This document shows positions 13,031 through 26,378 of a DNA stretch of 64,000 nt, piece after piece. A program made the position numbers and the translations under genes. The stretch is from positions 56,112,001 to 56,176,000 of the forward strand of contig OZ076409.1 of the NCBI GenBank assembly GCA_964187785.1, in the 5' to 3' direction. The stretch comes from Amphiscolops sp. MND2022. Taxonomy: Eukaryota. Within the stretch, counting starts at the first letter, position 1; every line of letters begins with the position of its first letter. The notes below the pieces were generated by a model, which saw only the letters and a list, made by a program, of their open reading frames with translations, made no database searches and was not told the origin of the DNA.

Positions 13031-15684
13031 CTGGAACATTAGAAAACAGAACTCATAGAAAATAACTTGCAGGGCAAAATTTTCATTTTCGGAGCTGAAG
13101 AGTCATAGAATGCCATTCACAATTTTAATCTGGTTAAGACGAAATTTCTCCGTGAAGATCAATACAATATGAACCGAACGTACTTTTCCCCCCTTTTTTC
13201 AAGGGTTAAAAACTTCAACTTCTTCAACCTTGCCGGGTACTTCAATTCCAATTGAAATTATTCATGTGGTCATTTGATACTTCGACTGAATAACTGACTT
13301 CTGACGGTTGAATTTGATCTTTACCTCTATGACACGTTTGGTTGAAGCTCTTAACCCAAACGTTCAGCATTTTTTCTCTTGGTCTTTTCAAAAACGATGA
13401 GTGCCTACACATCCCAGCCGCTGTGATCAACTCAGGGTTTTCTATTTCTTGCTCCAATATCGCATCCTTTTTCACATGCACGTTTTTGGCCACCGCCAAA
13501 AAAACGTAATTGATTTAGGGCATGGCAAGAAAATGTATTGAAATTGCTTCCGCAACTTTCAAAAAAATAAACATGGCATTCGTAAAGGATTCTATTGTCC
13601 GACATGTGCATTCACAGGATCTACGTACATTCAATCCCCGAAGTCAAAACCGAAGACTTTAAAAGAACAGACCTCCTGAATCAATTGTGTTGCTACAATA
13701 GTATCAGAAGCAATGACTTGATAATTAAAGAGGGAACTGTCCAGAAACTCAATCGACTTTTTATGTCATGAATTTGATAAACCGTCGAGTCCGGTGGGTT
13801 TGCTTCATGACAATCTTGCAACGACATGGTGCTATGAATTGTGTAAATATTTAGAAAGGCTATTGGAACAATCAAGCGCTCTATCAATTGACAGAGCGAG
13901 AAAATTCTTCGGCTACAATGTACGGAGGCTGACAAAGTTCATTTCACACCCACAGGCTAAAGATATTTCTACAAGACTGTAGCAGACCCAAGAGAACTTT
14001 TCAGGTTATGCCTCGAGCTTCTAGAATTTGATTCTGTAGTTTCATTTTGAAGACTATTGTGATAACAATTTTTTGAAGTTTTTTGCTTCAATTTAACACT
14101 GTTGCTTGCTCGAAGAGCCTCTTTTAGATTTCCGCGAGGGACCAAGTCCAGTTCTGTCGAAAGTTTTCTGCAACAAGCTTGAAGTCTAACCAACAATGCA
14201 TTTGCTCCTTTGATGATGTTACCACAATTTACAAAAAAGAAGACATCTTTTACGTTCGATACTTTTTTATTCTTCGAATTTTGTTTGCTGTACTATGGTC
14301 TTTTCTCCCATACAATAGGTTTTGATGGCTTCTGAATGGATTTTTCACTTGAAAATATTTCCGCATACCAATAGTGGTGTCCTGATCGTCAGGTTACTTT
14401 AAAAACCTTACTCCAGTTCTGATTTTTTGACTTCTTTAGAGCTGACTTCAGGCTGTGTAACGGCTTCAAATGTAAACTTTTCTGACATCGTCAATTTCAC
14501 AGTTATAACAAAAAAGATCGTTTTCTAAAAACTGGAAAACTGGTGACTAGTGAGTCATCCCAGATTAGTTTCAACTAGCAAGCGGTGGATTCACTAAACC
14601 TTTGGAAAATTGATTTAGATGCGTTCAAAGATTCATTCTCTTTGATTTTTCTCCGTTGAGAATGAAAGAACCGCTCTGATGTTGAAAGAAAATTGAAATA
14701 AAACTTTTCCCTAACTGGAATTTTTATTCTCACTATTTTTGTAAGAAATCAGCCCAATCGCTTGTGATCGCAAATTCTATTATAAATCTAATCAAACTTT
14801 ATCTTCTGAACAGTTGTTTTTCTCAAGCAAGTTTTCAGTGTGATGGTTTGCTTTCGTTTTGATCCTCTGAGAATGATTGAAATGCGAAGAAGTCGAAAAT
14901 AGTTGTCGAAGATGAAAATCCTAATGAGTATAATTTTTCTGAGAAATACAACTTGTATACGTTGGTTTTTTTCACTGCGAAGCCGACAATAAAGTTCCAA
15001 GCAAGTGATGGTGGTAACAACAGCATATTATGTTGTTTTGTTGCGCAAGGCCTTAATGTGTAAGGGTATAGAGTTGACGTTCTATATTTCTATAGTTTCG
15101 AGAAAAAAAAGCTTTTGCAAAAAGGAGTTTTGGAAAAATGTAACCATTTTGTTTCCAAGAAAACGATTTTGTTCTAAGTCTTGGGCCGTTAGGACCAAAC
15201 AAGGTACCAACAAAATGTGAATTAAAAACTGTGCTGAAGAATATGGGGTATTGGCAAAATGATTGAAAGTTGAAAACTTATTAGGCTGTGTTAAAGCTTG
15301 CTAGGTTAATTGGGGTGTAAAAACTGAAAGTTGAATTTAGTTTTGTACTTCATTACATTATTTTTTCTATTGTGGGAGAACATGTTTTTGACGACAGCAA
15401 TTGAATTTCATTTGCAACTTGTTGAGCGCTCTTTTTGAGCCTTTAGCGGGCGCCAAATAGGGCCGTTCACGGCTTGTTTCAATTATCCTCTGCCATTCAT
15501 TGTTGGCTCACGATCTGCTCCAAGCTGGAATCACCAGAAAGACTGTTGTCAGTTAATTGCTGGCTTAGATGAGAAGCTACAAACATACATCTTTCACTCA
15601 TTGTCATGCTTTCCAACAGTTTATGAATCCTTCCTTCATAGTTAGTTTTATTGCATAACTTTTTGAGCAATTGGGGCAACCAAC

Positions 15685-15785
15685 CTCATGAGAGTGTTTG
15701 CTGGACAGTTTGAATTCCCGCATCCTGAAGATTTGATTGAGGAAAGCACAAATTGCAAAGCCGAGAAACATCGAACAATGGATCC
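15685..15785 (-). CDS. PGAP2: PGAP2/Frag1-like paralogue A, exon 3
   Basis: tttcag/gttggt borders, 101 nt; GIHCSMFLGFAICAFLNQIFRMREFKLSSKHSHE. Same length as exon 3 of paralogue B. Confidence 0.85.
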
Positions 15786-16037
15786 CTGAAAGAATTCAAG
15801 ATAAAAACATCGGTTGGAACTTATAAATTTAAACAATGTTCATCAGGTCGATTGTCAACTCTGTTCTCATTTGATGAACCATAAAATGGGTTAATTCTCT
15901 AAAGTTTGTGTTTTTCTTCATTTCACGTGCCATACGATTGGGGCAATTTAAATCTGTCCATTTTCACCCGAACAAATTCAGCTAACTAGCCAACATTCAT
16001 TCATTTTTGTATTAATTTCAACATTCAAGTAGCTAAC

Positions 16038-16290
16038 CAAGAAGCTCGTTCGAAGGGATAACAGCAACCATGAGAAGGAAGAAGACTTCCAAACAGTAGA
16101 ACAGAAGGTTGAGCCACCTGGTGAAGTGGGCAGAGGAGCTCTGTCGTTTAGAGGATACTTTGAGGAACATGTATGCCCCGAACCCATTCAGCAGTCGCAC
16201 CCCGAACGAAAAGATGATCACAAACTGCCACAGTAGACTGACCGACCTGATGTTGTTCGCCGCACTTATAGTCCCAATCACGTTATATGT
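16038..16290 (-). CDS. PGAP2: PGAP2/Frag1-like paralogue A, exon 2
   Basis: ccag/gttagc borders. TYNVIGTISAA...LLWQFVIIFSFGVRLL...LEVFFLLMVAVIPSNE resembles PGAP2 NYLPSVSSA..VWRFCIGLHSAPRFL..VENLALLVLTYVSSSE. Confidence 0.85.
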
Positions 16291-17397
16291 CTGGTGATAA
16301 AATAATTCCAATATGAATAGAAATCGATGACGCAGGACAAAACAGTCGGTTTAGAAAAGAGGACAAACTCGCCAAGAATTTTGGGATAATTACTAGAACT
16401 GTGTTACAAATATGAATTGGAGGAAAATTGGTAAAATGAAATATTGACTGTTTCCGAAATTATAGAAGTAACAGTTTGATGGTAAACCTTTCTTACACAT
16501 TGCGTACTTATAAAGTCATCGATGCTATCACAATGCCAGCTTATTTTTCAATATCGATTACTCGCTGGATCAGAAGGATTTCTGATTGATGCTTTTTTAG
16601 AACCTAATATTCAGTAATTTTTGTAAGGTTTGGAAACCTCTACGTTACATTCTGAGATTTTTATCTGCGGCTCAACCAACCGGTATTCATTAAACACCAA
16701 GACAGCATTATGAAAAGTTAATACCAGGGTTTGGCATCAAAGATAATTCAAATGTTTCAAAGACTTCGTCTGACTCACAACATAGGACATTATGAAGAAG
16801 TTTATTTATTTGAATGCCTTGATATAAAACAATGCCTAGAAAAGTATTTACAAGACATCTAAAAAGGTACACAAAAGCTGTGCAGCTCGTTGAATTGTGA
16901 CCTGGAGAACCAATAGTAAAGGGATAGGGAAATTACCGACTGTCTTAGAAAGCGCTCTTGGGAAAGTTTATTCAGTAAGAGGTTTCAAACAGATCTTTAT
17001 TGTTGACGATGTAAAGGTGACTGATACGTTTAGTAATAACTTTAAATTCACTTTCCGAAAATTTATTCAAGTTCACTTATTATGAAATTTTTAAATCCAC
17101 GAGTACGTGTTTTTAGTCGGCGCTTTTGGAGAAATAGCATGACTCTTACAGTGGATAGTTTTTTATCTCCAGTAGCTCTGAACCGTCCACTTTTCTGCAG
17201 AACAGACGGAGTAAATATTATTCATACGGTGAAGACCATTTGACCTAGCCAGCACGTATATTCGAATCGTTGACGTTATATATCCGAACATATTGTGTTC
17301 TACTGAGGAGGATGAGGAGATTCGGAAAAAAGCGTTCTCATTCGTCCCAGCATGCTATCTCTGATCAAATGGTACCCCTTTCACTGTTTCAACATTA

Positions 17398-18886
17398 CGA
17401 CGCCAATCGGGGAAGTTTTGATTTTTTCAAGAATTGAGGAAAGTTTTCGCACCTACCAAAATGTGTTTTCAAGAATTCACAGAAGTTGTGCACCTCAAAG
17501 AAATTGAGCGTGCCGGCAAAATGATTGGAAAATCCACACACTAATATTAGCAGTGCAGAAATGAAATTTTCAAGAAATGAGGAAAATGCTTGGTGGATTC
17601 TTCACATTAAAGATAATATATGCTGCACATGTAGCAGCATTGGCGTGAGGATTCTTCGCATTTTGTCATTTCTTGAACAGTTTCATGAATTCTTGAAAAC
17701 TTTTCTGCATTCTTCACTCAAGTGGATAATTAGTATTAAATTCTTTCGCAAGCTTTTCTGGATTCTTCAAATTTTTCTCAATTCTTCAAACGCTTTCCTA
17801 AATTAATTAAATCGATGAAGAATTGACACACTGATACATACACACATACACGATTTCTGCAGCTGAACAACATTTTTCTGATTAAATTGTAACAACTCCG
17901 GGAGCGTATTAAATCACGGTTTAACTGCATTTCATATGACTAGAACTACCTTTCGATTCCCCCGGAAAGTATTTTTCCAAAAGTTGAAGAAGTTGATGGC
18001 TGGTTTTTTAGTCGGCGCTTTTCGAAGAAAAACGCAGACTATAGTAGTGACTTCTTTTTTTTTAAGACCAACGAACTGACAGATTTTATAAATTTTATAA
18101 GTTGGTACTAAAACGACACTAACACTAAACTGTGTCACGCTACTTCACTGCCACCTGTCCACTACGGCTTTTTCGAGGTCTGACAAGCAGAATGACATGG
18201 GTTCGAGTCCCGCCATGACCAAAATTTTTTTGTGCAAATTTTTTTCGGCTTTGTGAGACTTTTTTCGCAAATATCTCCAAAGGGTCCACCCTTCATTTTT
18301 TTGTCTATTTTGCAAAAGAATGGATGTTAAAAAACTTGCAAAGGGCCCCATTTTACATGTTTCGGCACTATGCGACTTACGGGAGACCAAAATTTTTTTT
18401 AAAATTTCAAAAAAAAATCGGAATTTTTTTTCAATTTTTCCTCAAACGGGTGCTGTAGAAGAGAATACTTGACACTTTGAAGTCCTTTTGTTATTTTTGA
18501 GCCTTAGATATGGCGCCGACTTGGGCCGTTCCCGGCTTGTTTTTGTATTGGAATGATGGTGAATTTATACAAAACGAAAAATCGACAAAATTATTATGGT
18601 GAATTTATACGAAGCGAAGAATCCACAAACTTTCAGTAGATTTTATAAGTGACCTAATTAGTGAAGAATCCTTGCAAACTAATAATTGCTAATAAATGCT
18701 TAGTGAAGAATCCACACAATTTCAAGAATTCAGGAAAACAGTGAAAATGTGCTTTTGGCGATTCTTCGCAGGTTATTGCACTCCACTTTTCTTAATTCTT
18801 GAAACGCATGGATTATAATGCAGTTGAAGAATCCACATAAGACTACAACAGATTTGTTGCACTTTGTTTTTCCCCAATTGGCGTCG
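17398..18886. mobile_element. TIR DNA element (about 1.5 kb) with probable TA TSD, containing a nested HINE
   Basis: Ends TA-CGACGCCAATCGGGGAA and TTCCCCAATTGGCGTCG-TA; internal GAAGAATCC/GGATTCTTC motifs. Confidence 0.75.
18004..18544 (+). mobile_element. Family-1 HINE, complete
   Basis: TTTTTTAGTCGGCGC...GGCGCCGACTTGGGCCGTTCCCGGCTTGTTTTT, with an internal B-box-like GGTTCGAGTCC. Confidence 0.8.
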
Positions 18887-19092
18887 TAAAAAAACGTTTT
18901 TCGCTAAAGCGTTTTGATAAATTAGAGTGTCGTTTCGGGTGTTTCAAAAATAGGCTTTTCGATGTTTCGAGTTTGGTGTATATTTTTTGGTGCTGCAGTA
19001 AATTGTACACTATACACGACAGGATACACGATTTTTTGCTTTTTTTTATTACACGAACCTACATAATACACGAAATGTGCCAGTAGTGTTCA

Positions 19093-19494
19093 ACAAGCCG
19101 GGAACGGCCCAAGTCCGCGCCATATCTAAGGCTGAAAAATAGCAAAATGACTTAAAAGAAAACGTTACTTCCAAACTTTGAAAACGTTATATCCGAACTT
19201 TGAGAACGTTATATCCGAACTTTGAGAACGTTATATCCGAACTTTTCAAAACGTTATTTTCGGAAAAAGTCGCATAGTGCCGAAAAAAAACCAAAGGGGG
19301 ACCCTTTTTTAACATTGAAAAATGCTCCAAAAATCGTTATATCCGGTATACGTCATATCCGGAATTAGTTTTATCTGGTTTGCGGTAAATCGGGTTGGAA
19401 AAAAAACCAAAGGGGGACCCTTTTTTAACATTGAAAAATTCTCCAAAAATCGTTATATCCGGTATACGGTATCGGAAAAGCGCCGAGTAAAAAA
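19093..19494 (-). mobile_element. Family-1 HINE with an internal 22-bp minisatellite
   Basis: Family-1 termini; about 3 tandem AACGTTATATCCGAACTTTGAG units near 19183-19250. Confidence 0.7.
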
Positions 19495-19849
19495 CTGATA
19501 CTTGCAATTTTAGCCATTCCAGCAAGCTCAGGAGCAGTCGAAAGGCTATTTCTCAATGTGACATACGATGCGCAAATAGAAGAAACCATATGTCGCCAAA
19601 AAACTTTTTTTCAGAAAAGATACACGAATATACACGGCTTTTTGAAATACACGAATACACGTAACGGTTTTTTCAAATGCACGATACACGACAATTCACT
19701 GTCGTGTTGTAAACTTTTCACAATGCTGTGTCTTCGCATATTCAAAACACTTTTGTTTTTTTCTTAAACTTGATAGGGCGTCGACTTTGGTCGTTCCCGG
19801 CTTGTTTCATTTTAAAATGAGAAAACTAGTATGAAAAAACTGAACTAAC

Positions 19850-19990
19850 TAGAGGCCCACAGGCAGTGCCAGTAAGGGCTTGGTTGTCAATGATGGCAGA
19901 GATGAAGAGGCACATGAGGATGCCTATAGAGTTGACCCATGTAGTCAAGCGGACGGTGTCCACGTGATTGAATAACTTTGTCCAGTTCAT
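19850..19990 (-). CDS. PGAP2: PGAP2/Frag1-like paralogue A, first coding exon
   Basis: MNWTKLFNHV...GILMCLFISAIIDNQALTGTACGPL, then donor gttagt. TGTACG corresponds to PGAP2 TATHCG. The start Met is inferred from alignment to paralogue B. Confidence 0.8.
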
Positions 19991-20288
19991 GTGGACACAA
20001 CCCGCGGACCTATAGAACGCACCTATAGGCGGGCTTCTTACTACAAATGTCAACTGTACGTTATTTTGGACATCATGAAATATCTGAAACAAATGATACA
20101 ACAATCGATGAAAAATAATATAAATAACGAGTAGTGTGGTATTAATGGAAATATACACCAAACGTCCATTACCAAAGGGACGATCATCCATACAAGCCAT
20201 CGACCAACATTACGTACTTATGTACCATCAGACTATGTACCATAACATTATGTACTTATGTACCTTGTGTATGACGGTCGTCAAAGGT

Positions 20289-20643
20289 GGTGTCAGGACA
20301 TTTTGCAATTTCAAGCGTTGCCAATTCAACCTATTGCATTTTCAACCTTCCGCTATTTCGACCTAAACTAATTTTGGCTATTTAGTCCTAATTTGGCTGA
20401 GCTGTATCAAACAGTCTAAATCAATGGCAATTATTCACGAAGAAGCCGAAACGTATCAAAACTGGCGTAAAAATCAGCATATTTGAATTTAGAAGTGTAT
20501 GAAAATGAAAAACACCTCAAATAATCATAACTAATTAGGACTAAATAGCCAAAATTAGTTGAGGTCGAAATTGGGGAAGTTTGAAATTGGGGCGGTTGAA
20601 TATGCATAGGCTGAAAGTGTACAGGACGAAATGTCATGTAACC
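20289..20643. mobile_element. MULE/foldback-like MITE
   Basis: Long imperfect TIRs (GGTGTCAGGACATTT / AAATGTCATGTAACC, with a perfect inner AACTAATTTTGGCTATTTAGTCCTAATT); 9-bp TSD GTCAAAGGT. Confidence 0.85.
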
Positions 20644-21261
20644 GTCAAAGGTAAAGTACACTTTCAATTCTCGTGATTTATAGAAGCCAGAAAATTGACA
20701 CTAATACTTTAAACATCAAAAAATCACAAACTAGAAGCACTACAAGTACTGAAGTACATGTATTAGGATGGACTATAAAAATTGTATTTAGAAAATTGAT
20801 GATTTTTATTTGAAATCGAAAAAGTTTTTCAATCAAATCATTTTCGCATCCTCAGGAGATTTGGGGGCAAATGATCGATTGAAAAGTTTTTAAAAATATT
20901 TCTGCAACTTTGTGAAAATAAAAAAAGTGCAAATTTGCCGAAATTTTGTCAGAATTTACAATTTCTAACTTTTGTAATTTTTGCAGCAAAAACTTCAAAT
21001 ATTTTTGTAAACAAGATGAAATTCTAAGAAACTTTTGTAGCTGACAATTTTTCGTATTTGTGACAGTTTTCGAGATATTGGGATTTGAAATTTGCATTTT
21101 TAAACAATAGAGTTGCGATATATTAGAATGCTACTGTACTTTTCTTTGGTCCAGTACCATTTTACTTGAAGGAAAGCATCACTATAGAACGCTCACGCAG
21201 AGAATAGCGCTACTTAAATAATTAATTTCAGAAACCGAAACTTGCTGACGTCACATTTTTA

Positions 21262-21797
21262 ACAAGACGGGAACGTCCCAAGTCGGCGCCATATCTTAGG
21301 CTCAAAAATATTCAAGGAACAGCTATTGGAAATTTTTGGAAATTTTTTTTTCGAAAAAATTATTTTTGAATTTTTTTTCGAAAAAAGTATTTTTTTTAGA
21401 AAATCGCACAATGCCACAAAAACTCAAAAAGAGGCCATTCAGGCTCATTGAACGTTTTTACAAACCGAAAACTTCAAAAAAATGCAATTGATAGAATCCG
21501 AAAATTTTCGAAAAAAAAGTCGCATAGTGCCGAAAAAAAACGAAAAAAATCAAACGAAACGAAACAAAGCTTTGGTCTCGCATCTACTTTTGGAAACATA
21601 AAAGATTTGTGGTTTAGTGCGAGAATCGAACCCACGATCTCCTGCTTTTCAGAAAATTAGTTGAACAAATGTGAACAAATGTGAACAAAGATTGTAAGAA
21701 AAGTGGACCACTCAGAGTGAGATTGTCAACTGAAAAAAAAACTACTCACTGTAAGAGTCGGGCTTTTTTCCTTAAGGGAAAAGGCGCCAACTAAAAA
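21262..21797 (-). mobile_element. Family-1 HINE
   Basis: Family-1 termini; shares its terminal A/T run with the adjacent family-3 copy. Confidence 0.75.
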
Positions 21798-22389
21798 TAG
21801 GCCCCTCCGGGGCACACTACTATTTCTGCTTTAATCTTTCATTAATAATAGAATCATATCTGGAATACCAATACACTCCTGTTTAATCATTATTTAGCGC
21901 ACAATTAAGCACTGTACCAGTTTATGCCGCCTTTAAATCTGTTGTTAAAAAAATCTGTACATGTAAATATCATCAAGTATTTCTTTCTAGAATCAATTTC
22001 TGACTAGAATCAATTCAGTCTTTTAGTAGTGATAGTAGTAAATCTCGGATTAAAGCAAATATATATTTGAATGCAGGCGAAGCTCTCCGCGAAAGTATAA
22101 TTAACACTCATTCGCTTCATCTCAATAACTCGGCGCAACGAAAGAACAATTACGAACATTCACTCGCTTCATCTCAATGACGTCAGCTTACGAATGCATA
22201 ATTACCACTCGCTCGTTCCATCGCACGAGAATTGAAATGTCGTCGGCAGCTTGAGAAATTTAATTCTTACGCTTATAGTCACTGCCGAACAAAACATCTG
22301 AATTATTCAGTATCGTGCCAAGAATTGTACTGAAAAAAAGTAGACATTTTGAGATTTCAATATTCCTGCTAAAGCAGAAATAATAAAAA
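21793..22389 (-). mobile_element. Family-3 HINE
   Basis: AAAAATAGGCCCCTCCGGGGC hairpin end; other end TTCCTGCTAAAGCAGAAATAATAAAAA. Confidence 0.7.
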
Positions 22390-23264
22390 TGACGGCATAA
22401 TAAAAATGTTTTCTTAACCACAATGATATTTATTCGAAACATACTGCTTTCATCACCATCAACCGATGTTCCCGAAAAGTTTATTGGGCTGTTATCGACT
22501 ATCGATGCAACACACTGGAGCCCAGCTACTATATCCACCCAAAAGACAACAATGTACAATAATATTTTTCTCATGTAGAGACAATAATTTTGACCAACAG
22601 CAAGGACCCACCTGCACTTAACGATCATATAACGATGTCTGTGGTCCACGCTTTTTGGTTAATTCAATTTTACGATGTCCCCTATTTTAGACAACTACTA
22701 TGGTGTTGAAAAATAAGGATGGGTCCCTTTAAATTCCGACAATCAACCCCTCCAACGCTTTTCACAGAAATATTGATCATCTAACAAGTTTCTATCAGTA
22801 GTTTTAAGGAAAAAGTCTGAATAATTCCGCTTAACACTCGCATAACTGAAAAAACTTCATCAATTATCAGTTGTCTTAATATTTTCAGTTTATGTTCAAA
22901 TGGTACTAATAGTTGGAAAATTTACATTGTACACTAATCACAGTAATCAAAATTGTATTCAAAAACAATCTCATTTAATTATTTACAAATCGGTTTATTT
23001 ACAAAAAAAAACGAGTAACAATGCTTCTCATCTAGTTTTCGCACTAAATCACTAAATCGCACTAGTTTAATTATTTACAAATCGGTTTATTTACAAAAAA
23101 AACGAGTAACAATGCTTCTCATCTAGTTTTCGCACTAAATCGTGAAAGCATCACATCGAAACAAAACACAAAACTTGGATCATTTGCTCCGCCAAAATTT
23201 CAGTCATAGTTGAAATTTCTACTTAGTTGCTCGTATGGAGATTGACATTAATTATTTACAAGAA

Positions 23265-23431
23265 TCATTCAATGGGTTTGTCCTTAAAGCCCCTCCCGAT
23301 AGATCGACGGCGAAGTGGTGTGAAAAACTGCGCTCTGTTCAGCTCGTCATACGCGGCCAGAGACTGCGAATGAAACCGGATGTTGCCAAACAATACATAC
23401 AAGTATTCGAAAGCTGCAAACAGTGAGTACG
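23265..23431 (-). CDS. PGAP2: Duplicated copy of PGAP2-like B terminal exon
   Basis: Intact acceptor tttcag and the same peptide AYSLFAAFEYLYVLFGNIRFH...KPIE* as 24966-25132. Confidence 0.6.
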
Positions 23432-24965
23432 CTGAAACAGTTTCAAAAACAATCAAAATAATGTTACGAAGCAGCTTGAGTTTTTAGGATACTCAACATT
23501 TTGGGTACAGAAAGTGGCACTTGCGACAAAAGCTTTAATCTTTCATTAATAAGAATCATATCTGGAATACCAATACACTCCTGTTTAATCATTATTTAGC
23601 GCACAATTAAGCACTGTACCAGTTTATGCCGCCTTTAAATCTGTTGTTAAAAAAATCTGTACATGTAAATATCATCAAGTATTTCTTTCTAGAATCAATT
23701 TCTGACTAGAATCAATTCAGTCTTTTAGTAGTGATAGTAGTAAATCTCGGATTAAAGCAAATATATATTTGAATGCAGGCGAAGCTCTCCGCGAAAGTAT
23801 AATTAACACTCATTCGCTTCATCTCAATAACTCGGCGCAACGAAAGAACAATTACGAACATTCACTCGCTTCATCTCAATGACGTCAGCTTACGAATGCA
23901 TAATTACCACTCGCTCGTTCCATCGCACGAGAATTGAAATGTCGTCGGCAGCTTGAGAAATTTAATTCTTACGCTTATAGTCACTGCCGAACAAAACATC
24001 TGAATTATTCAGTATCGTGCCAAGAATTGTACTGAAAAAAAGTAGACATTTTGAGATTTCAATATTCCTGCTAAAGCAGAAATAATAAAAATGACGGCAT
24101 AATAAAAATGTTTTCTTAACCACAATGATATTTATTCGAAACATACTGCTTTCATCACCATCAACCGATGTTCCCGAAAAGTTTATTGGGCTGTTATCGA
24201 CTATCGATGCAACACACTGGAGCCCAGCTACTATATCCACCCAAAAGACAATAATGTACAATAATATTTTTCTCATGTAGAGACAATAATTTTGACCAAC
24301 AGCAAGGACCCACCTGCACTTAACGATCATATAACGATGTCTGTGGTCCACGCTTTTTGGTTAATTCAATTTTACGATGTCCCCTATTTTAGACAACTAC
24401 TATGGTGTTGAAAAATAAGGATGGGTCCCTCTAAATTCCGACAATCAACCCCTCCAACGCTTTTCACAGAAATATTGATCATCTAACAAGTTTCTATCAG
24501 TAGTTTTAAGGAAAAAGTCTGAATAATTCCGCTCAACACTCGCATAACTGAAAAAACTTCATCAATTATCAGTTGTCTTAATATTTTCAGTTTATGTTCA
24601 AATGGTACTAATAGTTGGAAAATTTACATTGTACACTAATCACAGTAATCAAAATTGTATTCAAAAACAATCTCATTTAATTATTTACAAATCGGTTTAT
24701 TTACAAAAAAAACGAGTAACAATGCTTCTCATCTAGTTTTCGCACTAAATCACTAAATCGCACTAGTTTAATTATTTACAAATCGGTTTATTTACAAAAA
24801 AAACGAGTAACAATGCTTCTCATCTAGTTTTCGCACTAAATCGTGAAAGCATCACATCGAAACAAAACACAAAACTTGGATCATTTGCTCCGCCAAAATT
24901 TCAGTCATAGTTGAAATTTCTACTTAGTTGCTCGTATGGAGATTGACATTAATTATTTACAAGAA

Positions 24966-25132
24966 TCATTCAATGGGTTTGTCCTTAAAGCCCCTCCCGA
25001 TAGATCGACGGCGAAGTGGTGTGAAAAACTGCGCTCTGTTCAGCTCGTCATACGCGGCCAGAGACTGCGAATGAAACCGGATGTTGCCAAACAATACATA
25101 CAAGTATTCGAAAGCTGCAAACAGTGAGTAAG
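24966..25132 (-). CDS. PGAP2: PGAP2/Frag1-like paralogue B, exon 5 (terminal)
   Basis: Acceptor tttcag, phase matches exon 4; AYSLFAAFEYLYVLFGNIRFHSQSLAAYDELNRAQFF...KPIE*. Confidence 0.85.
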
Positions 25133-25894
25133 CTGAAACTCAAAAAACAATCAAAATAATGTTACGAAGCAGCTTGAGTTTTTAGGATACTCAACATTTT
25201 GGGCACAGAAAGTGGCACTTGCGACAAAAGCGGCGGAGAAAGCGAAAGCGATGATACTAAGCGTCAGTTAGCAATTTCATTACCCAGTTGTATCAAAGCT
25301 GTATTTTTAAGCGAAGCATTTTGAATCAATCAGAATTCTGATCAACACAATTAAGCCACTTAAAACGATGGATCACATCTTTGAAAACATTGTGTATCAT
25401 CTGCGACAGTGCAAAAAGTCTATAGGGATCAAGATTATAATTTTGATCTTGAATACCAACTGCTTCAACATAGAAAACTTTCGAAACAACAGTTTCAACA
25501 GTCTCCAGTTGCCCGCTAATTTCAGGAGCTGTGCGAAATTGAAACAAGTCGGGACCGGCCCAAGTCGGCGCGTTGCTCAAGTTTCTTGAATATGCATAGG
25601 ACACTGTTTTCAAACTTTTATCACTCTCTCGGTGCCCAAAAATACCCCCAAAGAATATGCATAAGACTCGGAAACCACATTTTCCCCAACAGCAAACAAA
25701 AAATCCACTTTACGAACTAAAAAATTCGATTTTTTTTCGTCTCAGTGCCGAGAAAAGAATTTCCAGCTCGAAAACTACCTTTTCTCAAGCCGAAATCCGC
25801 CATGAAAGCGGGAGTGTACCCTTTGACCAAATGAAAGTTTCGAAAAAGAGCGCAGAGCCAAAAAAACATCAACAAAGTATGATAAAGTATTGAG

Positions 25895-26378
25895 AAAAAA
25901 TAGGCCCCTCCGGGGCTCAGTACTATTTCTGCTTTAATCTTTATTTTTTTAAAACAAAAAATCATTAATAAAAGAATCATATCTGGAATACCAATACACT
26001 CCTGTTTAATCATTACTTAGAGCACAATTAATCACTGTACAAGTTTACACCGCCTTTAATTCTTCTCGGACTAAAGAAAATATAACTAAGCGTAGACGAA
26101 GTTTCGCATTCGCATTTGAATGCAGGCGAAGCTCTCAACGAACGAATAATTAACACTCATTCGCTTCATCTCAATGACGTCAGCATACGAATGGATAATT
26201 ACCACTCGCTCGTTCTATCGCACTAGAATTGAATTGTTGTCGGCAGCTTTCCCACGCTTACACTCACTGCCGAACAAAATATCTGAATTATTCAGTAGGA
26301 CGAAATTTGACGACTGAAAAAAAAAGGACCAACTTTGAGGTTACAATAACATTCCTGCTAAAGCAGAAATATTAAAAA
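25895..26378 (-). mobile_element. Family-3 HINE
   Basis: Same termini and body as 21793-22389 and 1642-2076. Confidence 0.7.

Larger units (their letters stand above)
21828..25231. repeat. Tandem duplication, period about 1.70 kb, including the last exon and 3' region of paralogue B
   Basis: 21828-23533 is repeated at 23532-25231. The junction shares GC. The copies differ by a few substitutions and small indels. Confidence 0.95.

Noticed and set aside
13240..14490. Possible decayed coding remnant in intron 3 of paralogue A
   Set aside because: The composition looks coding-like, but stops are frequent and I recognise no domain or termini.
19015..19706. TIR element rich in TACACG motifs
   Set aside because: Only a 9-bp terminal match and no TSD. 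Plausible, but not supportable as a defined element.
20654..21141. Kolobok-like MITE (AAAGTACA...TGTACTTT), with a relative near 28300-28866
   Set aside because: The termini are short and the TTAA target site is not intact, so the classification cannot be supported.
22260..24351. Duplicated 129-aa ORFs (22260-22649, 23962-24351) as genes
   Set aside because: Non-ATG start, overlap with a HINE-3 end and no recognisable domain. Their identity is explained by the 1.7-kb duplication.
23235..25127. Plus-strand 63-aa ORFs MEIDINYLQ...
   Set aside because: They are antisense shadows of the PGAP2-like B terminal exon.
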